64,000 nucleotides of DNA, from assembly GCA_000934665.2 (NCBI GenBank), contig KZ538002.1:186001-250000 (forward strand). The letters run 5' to 3'. Positions 38,233 through 53,200 of this stretch are shown in pieces (position 1 is the stretch's first letter; each line of letters starts with the position of its first letter). The notes below the pieces were generated by a model, which was given only the letters and a program-made list of their open reading frames with translations, was not told the origin of the DNA and ran no database searches. A program made the position numbers and the translations under genes. Origin of the DNA: Catajapyx aquilonaris (lineage: Eukaryota).

Positions 38233-41200
38233 GTAGGATCCTTTCGATTTACACCCAACACAGACACAGTGTCACACGTTTTTGGCCCCCGCTCCACCAC
38301 AGACTCGGCCCGGCCGCGTGCTTCCGCCATGCCCGGAACACGTGGCTGCGGTATAGACCGGCTCCAGACACTAGGCATAAGAGTGACCACCTGTTTGGTT
38401 GCGTACCGGACCCTTTGCCTCGCCATAATTGATACCCACCACAATCGCCCACTATCTGTACACTTACTTTCCCCGCCTATTCACACACCTTTCGTGTTAC
38501 TTATCTGCTCGGGACGCCACTCCGTATTGTTACTCCGCAGGTGTCAAACACTTCCTCTCCACCCCTACAAACGTACACCGTACCGCCCCGTACATTCCTT
38601 CTTTACACATGTTACATTCACCCTGGGGAATGTATCGCCATTTTTTGGGGAATCCAAGGGAGAGAGAGAGAGAAAAAAAGGTAATTTTTTGGAAAGCAAT
38701 TATGTGGCCGGTTTGGGGGAAAAGGCTGGGAAGAATTAGGGCTCAGTAGGGAGCATGTAGTCGGCATGACAGAAAGATGTGGCCGAGGAGATTAGGACGG
38801 TTTTTCTCGCATTTGATGATGCCACAGAGGGCTAATTGTTCTTCCCAGGCCAAGATTTATACCGCTTACAATTCCCATTCGCTTAGTGGAAATTTTTTTG
38901 GCTTAAAAATGCTATATTAGTAAGCAGATTTCTGAGGGTGGTTCACAGGGTGGCAGCAACAGCCGAAATTTGCATGGGAGCACAGTAATTCAGGTAATTA
39001 CATTTCATCCTAAGTGATGACTTGGAACATACCGGTAATCTCATGTGTCAATATTTGCATCTATACATGAGATGTTAAAAAAAATCCGAAATCAAGCCCC
39101 CCTCCACCCCCCTGCTCTCCGCGCCGAACGGGTGTTTTTCCCCACACGAAAATCCTCGTGATTTAACATTGTAATACTAATTCATCTGGGTTGCGCATTA
39201 AAAATCATTCTGTATAAGTGACTTTTAGGTAAAGCTGCGCTTTTATGCAGGCGTATAATCAGCTCAATCGTTTATTAGAGCGAAAAGGGATACAGGCGGG
39301 GGATGGTATAGGGAGTAGTAGGGGTGGGGGGGAAGCTTCGGGAAAAAAACCAGATCCCTAATCAATTTCATGATCGTATGTACAGGGAGCAGAAAGCTAT
39401 CGGCTATCATATGCAATGTAAATGACGGAAAACATTTGGGCATATGGAATGACGATATGTGAACAAGGCTATAACGTGGCCGTAACCATATTGCTCCGGG
39501 TCCTATTTTATTAGTCGCCCCCCTCCCCTCTATTGTAGTATAGAGTGCAGGGATGCACACACCTGGATATGTGAGTATGCGTTCGGTGAGGGGTGTGAGG
39601 GGAGGGGGGGAATCCTCCCCACCCCCTCCCCCCTATATTGAAATAACGTTCGAAAACACATTCCAGCCGAATTTCCAACCGATAGGTATGAGCTATTCAC
39701 ATAGACAAACTTGATGATGCGGAGGCCCACTGGATTGGAAGTAACGCACATGAATGCGTGTGAGGCAACTGGGCGCATTGTTGACCCTTTTCTGTATAAA
39801 CCCCGAGACCAGAAAACATGTTGGTGTGTGCCGAGGGAGGGGGGTGGGGATGTGGGACATATATGCCTGAATTGGCATCAAAATGTTAATGAGGGGGATG
39901 GCCCATAATGTCTCAATTTACCCCAGTACATGATTTGCAACATGTCGGTACAATCTTCTAGTTAAAAAACTTGCGCCAATTTACCCCTAGCCCGTTTCAA
40001 TTGACCCCGTGAAAAACCTTCCGGCCGTACTTGACCGCTGCGCCCTCTGTTTCCCAGTCTTCTAAAAAAGTCCCGAGGCCGTCCGCAGAGATGAGTAAAT
40101 CAGCAGTTACAAATGTCCCCAACTCCGACAATATCACCCGGAATAGGGTAGTACCGAGGGAGCGTTGGCGAAGAGGGAGCGTTTGTAAAGAGGGAGAGAT
40201 GGCAAAGAGGGGAGATTTTCTCCCAATCCCCTCGCAAATAGGACTGGAAATAAACCCAAATATTGGACCTCATTGTTGCGGATTCTATTCCTATTCTATG
40301 AGCCAGGCGGTTCGATTCTTAGTTGGCGGGGTAGAGATGGCTCATCGGCCGCCACAAGTAGCGGGGAACGCCCGCTACTTTTCCCGCCGATTATTCCGCC
40401 CCAACTTTTCCCGCCGCTCTTTCGGCGCATTGTTGTGTACGGCCCGATCTTTTTGAAAAAACATACAAGTTTGTCGGGTTTTAGCGGGGTTTGTTCCGTA
40501 ACCGTTACATTGGCCGTACGGTAGTCAATTCCTAATTATTTGTATTACAAGTAAGCCTTTTTGTCGCGGATTGCATGCGTTCCGATATTTATTGCAATTA
40601 CACGCATATTCCGCTCATTCATTCCATGTTGCCGTACACGTTTTTTCATCGCTGTCTTGCCTTTTCCAAAGCGGAAAATCCACTTAAGTTGGTGACAAAT
40701 TACGTAGACTCGGCTAGTAAAATATCATATTTCATGGTTAGGTTGTTGCGGCAAGGTTAGGGGTTGAATGAGAGAGGGGGAAAGTTGTGCCTAATAAACA
40801 CAGTGTGCGACCCGGCAAAACTCCGGGGGTGAGAATGACAGAAGATGAATCCCGAAGAAGTGTCCGGTGTCGCCAAGGGTGATTCATTGGTCTGGTCAGC
40901 CCCTCCAAAAAATGAATAGCCCCCCCTCCAATGGGTCCCTCCACTCCTTTTAAGAAAAGGTGTTTGCCAGGAGGGGTGAGAACTAGAAATATGGCCACCT
41001 TTTCAACGCCTGGCTGTAGATTAGCTATTTTTCTCCGAAAAGGTTGCCGGGTTGAATTATAATGTGGAAAAATTCCTTTTGTTTTTTTACACATATTTTG
41101 CCGTATGTGAATATACACAATGTCCACAAAAAAAGGACATTTCCAGCACTAACCCGACACCACCGGAACAGTTGCAGAGTCCGGTGAAGTGGGCCCGCAT

Positions 41201-44200
41201 TTGAAATGAACCTCTTCTCTCAGATCTCCTTATTCCGGGGGAGGGCAGGGGGAGGGGGGGGGGGCTAGAACCAAGCATACACCCGGTAGTGTCCGGACAT
41301 CCCCCACACAAAAAAGGTGCGCGTAATATGTCAAAGCCTGGGTGCAAGGATTTTTCCGGAGGCATATCCGTTAGCCCCTTTTTGCTAGAGCCCTGAAGCA
41401 GCAGGCGTCATGGAGTTAGGTTCAAACTAGATTTTCTTCTTCCGGGGTGGGGTGGGGCTTTTCCGAAATAATCTCAATCCGGGGAACCCCCCTCGTCTCC
41501 CTCCACATTTTGCTATCCCTATGCAAGTTTCTTCCTCTGTACTAGTGTTCATGGGGACCGGAGCAACAGCTGCCGGAGAACAGAAAGCGCAATGAGTTGG
41601 AGGAATACGTTAGCATAGGATTATAGAACAACCCCTCAAGGCGGTTATCCGGGGAATACGGGTGGGGGGGACCTTGTTACAACTTTTCTGGAGACAATGG
41701 ATTTTTTTGGGAGGGGGGGACAGGAGCTGGGGGTGTGACAAAGTGTGGTGTTTGTTGTACGTGATTAGTGGGGATGTGAAGGTATTAGTTTCATTTGCAA
41801 TTGGGTGCGCGATGCTTTGGCATTCGGAAATCAGAATTAAATATTTAGTGGGGGGGGGGGGGGTGGAGGGGTGAGTTGACCAGATGTACATGGCGATAAA
41901 ACCGAGCGGATTAATCCGGGTTTTTGATTTTTGAATTTTGAGTGTATGATTGTGGGGAGGTTGGAATCAGAATTGCGGACTAACTCTCGGATAGGCTTCT
42001 GCGCTTGTTGTTGCCGCCGGTTTTGTCAAGTTTGCTTGTGTACTGTTGGGTGTACTATTTTAAAATCGGAAAGTCCCGCTATTGTTGCGACCCTAAATAG
42101 TTATTAGCCAAATAGAACATTGCATTGTGCTACACTTAGCGCCAGTTATATTCGCAATATTATCTTACTTAGTTTTGATATGTAATTTGGCTCTTAATGA
42201 TGATGTAAAATATTACGGTGATCATATTCATGCCATGTACGGTGCGGTAATTTTAATCGCGAATAAATTCGAATGCCGACTTGCAATTTGTAACATACCG
42301 ATACACACACTAAATGTGTGTACGTAAGTGGCATTATTCCCAGAATACGTCGCAATATTAATTGTTGATGCTGGCAAAATATGCACACAGGCGAATGTCA
42401 ATTTTAGGTTGAAACGATATTAATTTTTAAAACGCCAGTAACACTATAAAGGGACGTACCATTAATAATAGTAAAACTGTCAATGTTAGTAACATTGAGC
42501 CATAGAACAAAGAATGGTTTGTGTGATGTTTAACACTTGTGTGATAGAAGAGTGATTGGTTGATAGGCTACATATATAGGCAGCCTTCTCCTTTTTGTAC
42601 GAGCATGTACAGTGTATCGAACACACTTAGAAGCGCGCTTTTTGGCTTTTGTCTGATCTCTTTGAACAGGGGCCGGCCCCGATTAAAAATTTAGGTGACA
42701 CCGGGTTCCGGTAAGATGGATTACTCGTCTGAAGCTTTACACAATTAGTGGGTTAATTAACCTTGTCCAAATCCCTCTTTTTTCCACTTTTTCGGCGACA
42801 ATTCCCAGATTTTATGAAGTCGGCTCGACTCATTCAACTCCTCGTTTTCTCGGAATTTGAAATATTATTGCGTAATTTCTCTTCCCAACTCCGTTCCTTT
42901 TGATGTACAGATTTTGGAAATTAAGAATGAAAGTCCCCCCCTTTTACAAGAGTGTTTCCGGGCTGGGGGAAAAGACAATTAAGGTTCAGCCATAATTTGC
43001 GTTTGGGGACAGAAGCAGCGTACAGGGTGAGTCAAACCGTCCGAAATGGAAACTTTGTATCTGTGCTGCAACAATGTCGTATAGATCCTCGTCTCAGTGT
43101 TTCCCCACAAAACATTAATTAGTTAATTAAATTATCAGGAAAATCGCCGGTTGCAGAGTTGTCAGGAGAAAAGTTTCTAATTGCCCCACGGTTTGATATT
43201 CAAACTTTGGGCAACTCCGAAACGCGTTGATTAATTCTAATCTCCACTGTTTCGGACAGCACCTGTCTTTCAAAGAATACGGCTAATTAGAACATCCATC
43301 GGTTTTGTAGGAAGGGGGAAGGCGGTGGTGGGAAGGCGGGGGGAGACGGAGGGTAGGTGTCCCGCCTCTTAGCACCTGCGACAAGGAATTCTACATACTC
43401 TAACTTGGTAGCTGCTTAATCAGACATTTTTTAAGAAAGAAACACCCCCCCCCCCCCACCCCCAACACCTTGCTATATACCGTGGGGGGCTTTTGCACGC
43501 CATGTTGGAAAACTGAAACTTCTGGAGGACCCCAGCTGATGTAACTCTCACGATAGATGGTGTTCTTGTACGGTCGAGTGTGTGAACGTTCCATTCATGT
43601 GTGCTGCATCTTTTGGCTAAGAAACCGTTTCCACTACAATACTAAATTTTCCAAAAACTTGAACTTGTCTCGAATTGGCTATAGGATGAGCCCCGTTCAT
43701 ATTGCCAGAACACGATTAAATTTGATAAAATGTGCATACATTCCAAACATTTTGCCGTTCAATATAAATATTTATAGTTGCTGCAACCAACCGTTGTTTG
43801 GGTGGTGCAGATTGGTTGAAACAATTGCATAACAATCGACCAAATAATTTTGGCTATTTTAACAATTTCTGTTCATTGTATGTAATAAATTGTCCGCGTT
43901 TTTGGTACAAATTTGTGCGTAGTACAAAACAAGTGCCTCGTGTCGCGTGTCATTTGCCCCCCAAAAATATCCACATGTCCTGGCAGACCAAATTCGACGG
44001 ATTCCTGTGAACTTCGCCTTGTATATGAATTCACCGGGTCGCATAACAACTAGAGATCCAACAGCCGAGGTTAGATTTGCATAAAATCTGGGATTGTGTT
44101 TCCAGAGCTGAGTGAGAATATGTGAAAAGGGGGAATGGGGGAAGGGGATAGGGGACTGGTGGAGGGAGAGTTGTTCTGGGACAAGTGGCACCGAATCGTG

Positions 44201-47200
44201 CAAAAGGGGAAACCCAAGGATTAAATTCCCCTAGACCAGGGGGTCGTCACGGCCGACGACCTGCAAAATTCATGATTTTCGCAGATCGAACCGCTTACTC
44301 AAGTATACTACTTGTAGTTATTTGCTTCCTTCCCATACATTGCATTTTAAACCCATTATACCTGCCCACCCTGTGTTCACATTAACCGCGAGTATGTGAA
44401 GATGTGTGGGTGTTTCTTCAACAAAAAAAGAAGTATGGGTTGCCTTTCACGTGTATGGTAAATGGATTGGTTGGCTGCTCTGTTGGGCGAGGGAAATTTA
44501 ATTCTGTGGAACTCAACTGTGGCGGTCGATGGTAGGTTAGCCACACCCTTGGTGGAGGTCAGTGATGTTGAGAATGTTGTTAACAGTCCCAACATCTTTC
44601 GGGTGTGAAACCATACAGGTATGGGTCCCACAAATTTATATGAAGCATATTCCCCTTTGAATTCCGTCGTTTTCGGGTACCAGTGGTTGGGTTGGAATAG
44701 ACAACAAAATGAAACAATGGTGTGGGTTAGGGGCAGGGGCTGGGGGGTCCCGCTGTTTGAAAACGCAGCGCTCGATCTCGGCGCCCCTGCACAGATAAAT
44801 ACGCATTCAGCTTGATTGGTACTTCTGAATTACTCAATTTTATGGAATGCAACGCCATAATTATGTATCCATTGATTCTCAGTGAACCGTGAATTAACAG
44901 GCGATAATGGCTGGACTAATTGATTTATTAATTTCTACGATTGTGCCCACAAATTCGGTGGAAAGCGGGGGACATAGCAAAAAATATCAGGATGGGTGAC
45001 GCTGCCCGGAAAATAAATAATGTTCCGGGGGGCAGATTCTGTTGTTACAGCGCGCCTTTTCATTCTATGCTGCCCTGCAGCTCAGTTTTTTCAGCCTTTT
45101 TCTATCCAAAAAAAAATCAACCCCCTCTTTTGGAAACTCTTTTCTTCCAACGTTTACTTGGGGCCCTGCAGCTCCACATTCCATGCAGTGTGCCTCGTGC
45201 GACCTAAGCCATGCGTTGTGGCTGGAGGGGCCAGGTAGAGCACGTGCCTGTCCACGAGGCCAATTAGACGTCTTGAGGCACGCGTGAGTGCGTCTTGGCG
45301 TCACATACCACGTGGGTGGGACATGCAAGATGGCCGCCGCGCGCATGGGGAAGGCCACGCGCCATGATTTACCTCATATTATGAATATGAAGCAAAAAAA
45401 AAAAACGGGCTTGCTTTTAACCTGTGTGAACGAACAGGGAAAATATTCGTGATGTAAGGTGGCGCGTGTCCCACCGAATTCTGGGAGCCGTGTTCGGGGC
45501 CTTCTCTGGCCGAAATTGCCACCTCAGGATGACCTGCACTTAAAAGCCGCGACAGCCATCTTCTTGTCGTTAACGCCCCGCACATTGTAAGAGCTGCTGA
45601 AGATTGTACAACACCTGCAGCTGGGACCTATCGTCCTCACTTTGGGTTTTCCGAGTCGTAAACGGGAATTAGAAAGCATGACGAAAGCCTCAAAGGATCC
45701 CGACAAATTTTCTGGGCCACCAGCGCCCGCTTCATAATACACTGTTGCAATTCTGTTTACATTCATTTTTTTCGAATTTTACAAAATGCGTATATATGCA
45801 GTTTTTGGTCGCCACCCACGGCGTTTCCGAACGCCATTAACCAGTGGAACAAGAATCGAATCAAAAGCCAAAGTGGCGCCATAAAAAGGGGTTGGGAACA
45901 AGTTAAGTTTTCCCACAACCGCTTGGGACTCGTTACCTTTTACATTCCTCCTGTGGATTCCTATAGGGCGCGGAAGATTTGTTGGCGACGAATTGTCACG
46001 GAGTCGCACTTCATGTACTTCTAATTTGGACTTGTCATCGTAAAGGGCTGTTAGTTACCACAGTCTGAAATAAAGCGAGACAAATATTCTCAAGGTGATC
46101 ATCGCACTGGATAGCTCATAGAATCTTTCTTTAAAAGGCAGCGTCCTTGTTTATCTGAATCCAAATTCAGACAAGGCGGTGAGTGGCTGCCTTGAAAAGA
46201 TGGGCAATGGCAAAAGATTATAGTTTGTAGGTCGAGTTAATGTGTACATAATTATAAAAATATTTATCTAGTCTCGTCCATATGAGTTTTTTTTTGCAAC
46301 CGGTAAAAAATATAATTTCGGGTGTAATCAGACTGGAGTTGATCAGTCCACCATCTTGTTGGCGCAGAAGAGTGCCTGTGAGGAAACCGGTACCGGATCC
46401 GAGATCAAGATTGGCCGCCTACCTTCTGGCCACTCGGCAAACATTTTCCGTCTATGTCGTCACCACCACGGGGGCAGCGATCAGTTGTCACGACTCTTCG
46501 TACAATGCCCAGTGTCTGAACTAGGAGGGAATCAGTGACCATTGACCTAATTACCGGTTATCTTCCGAGGTGCTCCCCCACCCCCTCTCCTTATGGGATG
46601 TGATCGATACGGATCGATCTCAAGTGCCTAGCAGGTGCTCATGTGTGCAAAGGGGACGAACCTGCGGGATTCAAGCACTCAAGTCTACCAGTATATTGTG
46701 ACTAATAAAACCGGGTTACCAGCCTACAACAATGATTTTCTACAGTATCAACAAACAAATTGGGCCACGTGAGCATATGACGTAAATGGTTGCCACGTTC
46801 AATCGCGGCGCAGTGTGTGGGGGGCACGTGTGTTAATAAAATCGGCCTGCGGCTGTTTTTCCCCCAACAGTGTTGTCCATTTCTGTGAATCATTCCGCGC
46901 TTTTGACATGTTACTCGCCTGGCCTGCTCAGAAGCGCAAAAATCGGGAGGCCCCGAATATTCCGGCATAAAGCCATAAACTCACAGCCCAACACCCTTTT
47001 AATCATCATCCCTTTATCAATGCAACATTTGAAATGGGTGCAATAAGACTCGCCCACAACTGCAGGCCAATATTTGCATACACTGCTGTGTCGGTATATG
47101 TAGAAGCAGCAGACAAACGAGGAAATTCGCGTTTGATTTAGCAGCAATTGCTGACAGCGTTCAACTGAATTTCCGGAGGCCACCGGGCTCCGGGGGGGTA

Positions 47201-50200
47201 AGGCCCCGGAGAAACATGAAAATAAAGCGCACCCTACTGCAATCAAATTATGACAGCTGCTGATCTACATAAGAATCATTTTTTGTTCAGATACTCCTTG
47301 CGTCTGTGGTTATCTCTAGATGTATTCAGTATTGTGTGTATGCGGGATGGGGGAACGCGCGGGTAGAAAAAAATTTGACAATGGTACCCCTTGTCCCGTT
47401 CCCTCGTCATCATGTCCATCCCTTGAATAGTCCAAGGTTGGGACGGCTGTTAAAAAATACGAGGGGGCATCGGGGCTTTTTAGGGCTTCCGAGAGTGTTA
47501 CCCGGGACCGTTTTTCAGGGTTGGGTACGGGTTTCCCTAAATAAAAAAAAAATTTCCAAATTGCCCCCCGAATCTGGGTTCCACAAAAGAGAAAGTTTTT
47601 GGAGAATGCGGCCGATATGGAGTGGCCCCAAGCAATGCTTCCTCTCACTTTTCCCTAATTCAATTAAATCCCCATCTTATAGGTGATGGCAGGGACCCCT
47701 GAGGGAGGTATCCACAACACATGCCAACCTTCACGTAATAGGTGCAAACGGGAGGGGCCCAACAATTAAACCGCAAAAGGTGGGGGGGACACAAAAAATT
47801 GTACATAAGAGGATCTCTCCCTTGTGGGCAACCTTCGATTTCCATTTTATAATCGGTTTTGTTGGGGGTGAAATTTGTAGTCGGCCTTGTGACGTACATT
47901 TTCGTGTCTACGAAAAAGGCGCAATTGGAATCCTTGTTAGAAAAGAAGCCTATGTGTTGAGTTCTGCGTGACCCAACATCAGGTCCTCCATAAAGGAAGG
48001 AACCTGTTTCTTCTCCAAGCAGATTTGTATCTTACCGAGTTACGTTTTTGGGCCCTCTTGTCCCCCTTTTTTTGGGAACCTCCTAAAAGCAGTTCCATGT
48101 TGGGCGCTATAAAAATCCTGAAGCATCGGGGCCCTTCTTCTAGTAGCATATTGTAAAATGAGGGATATGTCGAAGGAGAAGAAGGAATAACTCAGCATGA
48201 AAGGAGTCCTCTGTGTGTGTCCCTTGTCGAAGCTCACTCCGGATCGTCACTTTTTTACAACCCGGATCAAAGTGGCACTGCGCCGGGGCCTAATTTGAGT
48301 CTGATTTTAACCGTGTTGAATTCATTGGCAAAAAAAAAAAATGCGGACGCTTTTGTAGCTTCTTCTGTCGTGTATAGCATTTTAGGTAGGATTATCCTAA
48401 CTGATTGCATTAATTATCTAGCTCTGTTTTTAGTGCGGAAAAACCCAACATGCAACTCGGGAGATAAAAGTGACACCGTTTGTGATAATTACAAGGTTCT
48501 GATTGCTTTGGAAACAAATGCGATTTTGATCCTTAGGGACTAGCAGGTGTACACTACATTTGAATACCAGCCCTCAAATCTTTGTATTTTTCACGCTCTG
48601 TATGAACTCGCGTAATTATTGTTGTTAATGAATCGGGCTATTCGTTGGCATACATGAAAAATCCGCAAAGTCCAATTTTGTTGGTTTTAAGTTGTATATA
48701 CTATAAGTAGCCCTCACTAGCATTGGGCCGAATTATTTCGATATTGGTTTTTGGACTTATATATTTTCCCCATAATATGCAAGGGCAATGCAATTTATTT
48801 AGATATGCACCAATCGCCAGACTTATTTTCAGAACAAGATGGTGCGACTTGCACTAACTGTTACCATAGTGGCGGTTAAATCTTAAGCATGGCTCTAAAT
48901 TAACCATTAAGAAGGTCCAAGTTTCAGCTACATCTCTTTAGGGTGTAAGACAACCCTCTTCCTCCAGTTCCCAACTTAACCCCCCTCCACCCACCCAAAA
49001 CAACCCTCTCTCCCCACCACTTCCTCCCATCCTAGCCTCCTGCATGCTATCAAAATTATTGTCCCTGGTTACGATGTCATCTGGCAACAAGAAATTGGCC
49101 CCGGACAACGCCAAATGAGTCAGAAGGGGAAGCAGGATCGTGGTAATTACAGCAATTAATCCACCTTATGAATTCATACGCTCGCACTAACTATTGATTC
49201 TTCGGTACGGCTTGCTCCCCACCCCCCCTCCCGAATGTAGTCGTAATATTTGGGTTATTACTGGGGGAGGGAATAGGCTGATATAAGTCTCACTAACAAG
49301 GCTTTCCGAATGGCCTACGGTACATGGGGTATTGAAATTTCATTCGGCGTTTTCCATGGGATTATAACGTTTTTGGGTGTTGAGGTGAGGTGGAGGGGGG
49401 AGTGGGGCTCCAGATCTCTATTGTTTCAGAAAACACTGGGAGCCGTGTTTCGGCCCCAATTTTCCGGGCATTTAGCTGACTTTATGCGATTGCTGTACAA
49501 TTAAGCTGGCCGACAAAAAAAGGGCGACGAAAAGATCGGATTTGGTGAAAAAGAGGCGAAGAAATTTGCGATTTTAAGCACCCCCAGGTTTATGGATAGG
49601 GGGCGCAAGTTTTCTATGTCGCTAATTATATGCAGGAGGGGCTGGAAATGGCCAAATATAACTTGTTCCGGGTTGGGACCTGGGTTTAATGGGCATTGAG
49701 CTGGCTGATGTCACACTCAGGGTCGATGACCTTAGATATCAGAGGTGATGTCCTCGGGGAGCTCGCTTCAGGTGATATCCTCGGGGAGCGCGCTCAGGTG
49801 ATATCGAAGAGTTCACTTTTTGAACTGTTTGCTAGATGTGGCAAAGACCTTGTGTCGGGTCAATGTTACCGGGAGGAGGCCACATATTTCCTCTGATTTC
49901 TTGCTCTCTTTCCCTTGATTCAATTTGGGTAGCTATTCAATTATTAGGGGTGGATCCTTCATATTTGAGTCCCTGCTGCTCAATACTTAATATTTTGCGG
50001 AATCAATTTTCCCATGCCAGCAGAGGAGGGAAATATGAGAAAGTTCATTTCCTCGCTACTTGTTACGGCATGTTAATTAGGGAATAGTTAAAAACCGTTG
50101 GCAGGGGGCTCCCCCGGTTGCGTTCACCCATCTCTTTGAGATTTGCGCATAACCACGCCTAAATATTGCCTCCCAAGTTTCAACCCCTGAATCTGGCCTT

Positions 50201-53200
50201 TGAAACCCCCCTGCCACCCAGCTGCACTCTGACAAACCTTCCTTTTGTGACACCAACAGACGGGGGATGTAATTATACACACTGAAATCGGCACGTGTTG
50301 ACTCTGACCTTAACCCATACTTGTCACACATACGGATTCTGGCTACTTTGGACCTATGTCCTAGGGGCTGCCCGATGCGATACTGATGTTAATATTCTGC
50401 ATAGGCTGCTGCAGGCATGTCGCATTTTTTGGGGGGAGGTCTCCCGCCCCCCTGAAATTTTTATCGGTTGAATATTTCCTTGGCAAGCTCGACTTGCCCC
50501 CACGTCATAAACAAGCCCTGGTGATGTTGTGTGTGTGCCATGCAGGCAGGCAGGCAGGCAGGCAGACTATGCTAGGGCGATGACTAGTATGTGTGACGGT
50601 GGGGGGACGTTAGGTGAGGATCGAATTATCGGACTGATGTTGAACCCAGAGCTATTGCCAGTCAGAGCCAGCGAAACGAAATCCACATGCGGAAATAATA
50701 ATGTCAAAGGACGTGCACATCTGCCAAACAATGCTGCATTGGGCGCATTTAGGGGAAGCCATGCGAGCAACTCTGGAATCAGATGCAGACAATGGCCGGC
50801 CAACGAATAACTGTTGGACTCACCCTGTTTGGCCCTTCCTTCGATTCATTAGCGCTGTGTGTCCGCTTCACGTGAGAAACATTCCAGTCGCGCCCCCTCC
50901 CCCCTCCAAAAAACTGCATGCCCAACAATGCAACGGCCGTACACACACTCCTTCTGCATGCTTATGTCCAGGGGGTTTTGCACCCGGGGTTCCGGGGGTC
51001 CTCTGCCGGATAGGGTCGTGGTACCCGCACCCAGAGTCCAACACGATTTTTTGGAGAGCTATTATTTCTATTTTAATCGCGCTCGGATCCGCTTCCCACG
51101 CATTCAACATTAAACCCTTTCTCGACCTTGGTCATTATTGCAGAGTAAATAATAGGCGGCTTTTAAAAAGCTGTCCGTAGAAAAACCTAGTGGGTGTATT
51201 GAGTCGTGAGTTGGAAATAAATTATTGTCGCTATTTGATTGGGGTGTCTGTCCTTCGTGATGTGATCGGCCATTCCCATTTTTTTGGGCCGTACAACTTC
51301 ATGAAGTGGGAGAGAAAACTGGTACTGACTCATCATCAGTCATCGACCTATATCTCTAATTATAGTGTTGGAACTGGAATCATAATTATTCATCTCATTT
51401 AAAAGTTTAGTACCGAATATATAGCCGTGTAATTATCGTATTGCCAGTTAAATTAATATTCCTACATTTGGTTCCAGACCAATTATTACATTTTTATTTT
51501 AAAAATGGCAACGTTGTCCTTAAAATAAAGATGCCTTTGAAACGTCACACTCAAAATAAACACCCATCCCATCCACCATAAAATCACCACCCTCAGGGTA
51601 CACCCACAAAAAAATAACCTAAACTGTCTCAATATTCCACCCATTTGTACAAGTGTACGTAACTTGTAGCCCTTGGCGTCAAAATAACCCGATAAGATCT
51701 TAGCCGGCAATATTTATGGGCCCTGAAAAAAGTGCATGCAAAACGGCGTCTGCAATCAACCGAGTATCGCACGGTCCACTCTTTTTTCTTTTTGCGAAAC
51801 CCATCTGGCAGCAGGCAGCAGAAGCATCCTTTGGATATGCAAATGAGAGGTAGGGGGTGGAGGAATAGGGAGGGAAGTTATATAGCCTGGGAGTGGAGTT
51901 TCCGCGTCCTGCCCCCCATAATTCCACTCGTTTTCTGGCACCGTAAAGAAGGAGCCTCAGGTGCCGGCGGTGAGATGCCTTTTCACACTTAACAAGGTGC
52001 TAACTGCCTCATGCCATAACCCAGCTACAAGGATCTTCTGCCCTTATTACCCCTGGGCCTTTTTTTCCATAGGTGGGTATGTTCTATGCTTTTTTTTTGC
52101 CGAATTTTTCGTGCACTTTTGCACACCGGGTATACTGGAGATCAATAGCAAAAACGAGTTTTTATGGCCTTTAAAGTCACGCAGGACGCAATAAGGTACG
52201 GGTATGAGTAGCGTGCGAATATATGGGGCTCTGGACCCCTTATGCAGATATCTGGTTGCGACACACGGCTGAAGGTCAGGTCTGTGTCCGAATCTGCACG
52301 CATGTAATTCCCCAGTCAGCCTTGACAACTCGGGTATTGTACTTGCGGTTGTAATTTACACAGACTAATGCAATGGGGATTCTCAGAATTTTATTGGGGT
52401 TCGATACTCTTTTCAAAAGTTTCCAGGTGAGGGGGGAGCTCATTAAAATTGATGCGGGTGTCCCAAAAGTTGCGGACAGGCTTCGTGGGAGGACAATTAG
52501 GTTTGTTTTTGATAAAGGGAATTCCCCAAACATACGAGCGCAATAATTTTCTTTCTCTGAATTCGCATGACCACTGAAACAATCGTCCATTTACAAATGG
52601 CTCCCCTACATCAGCCATTAATCGAAGGAACATAAAGCTCGCTAAAAAGATAGCGAAACAAATAGACCCCCCCCCCTCCCCTCCCTCCCTTTTGGCAGCC
52701 CTCCCCCTTTCAAAAAAATAGATATCATAGCTGGAGGTAATAAATGGAGGTGCTCACGAAAGGGCGGTCGAGCCCATTTACACATGATCCGCTCCGCAAA
52801 CACGAAACATTGAGATTGTCTGGCCAAGTGTAATTGCCTCAACCCGAAAGCTGATTCAACGCTTTCTGAAAGGTCTGCATAAAACATGGTTTATGATTCG
52901 CACTGTAGCACCAAACCCACCCCACTCCACCCCTAGATGACGAATAAGCAAGTCTAGATATCCTGTGGGAGAAATATGATTGCCGGCCTCTGTATGTATG
53001 GATGACGCCATCATTCATCCGGCTTCCGTGAAATGCAGCGTAGACGACGTATCATTTTCCTCTCTGGGGAAATGAATTAGCTTAGGCCTACACAGCTGCG
53101 AAACACGAGATTAGCTTGATTTCAAATGCAAATTACTTTTAAGCAAGTCTGGTCTGAATGTCCAGTGGGGGAAGAGGCGAGGAAGAGGGGTGGGGAGGGA

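Noticed and set aside
44230..44290. TAG|ACCAGGGGGT... could splice to give RPGGRHGRRPAK, superficially like dac exon 2 (RPGRPPKR)
   Set aside because: Does not match the conserved motif, has a poor polypyrimidine tract, and the following sequence is not Dac-like.
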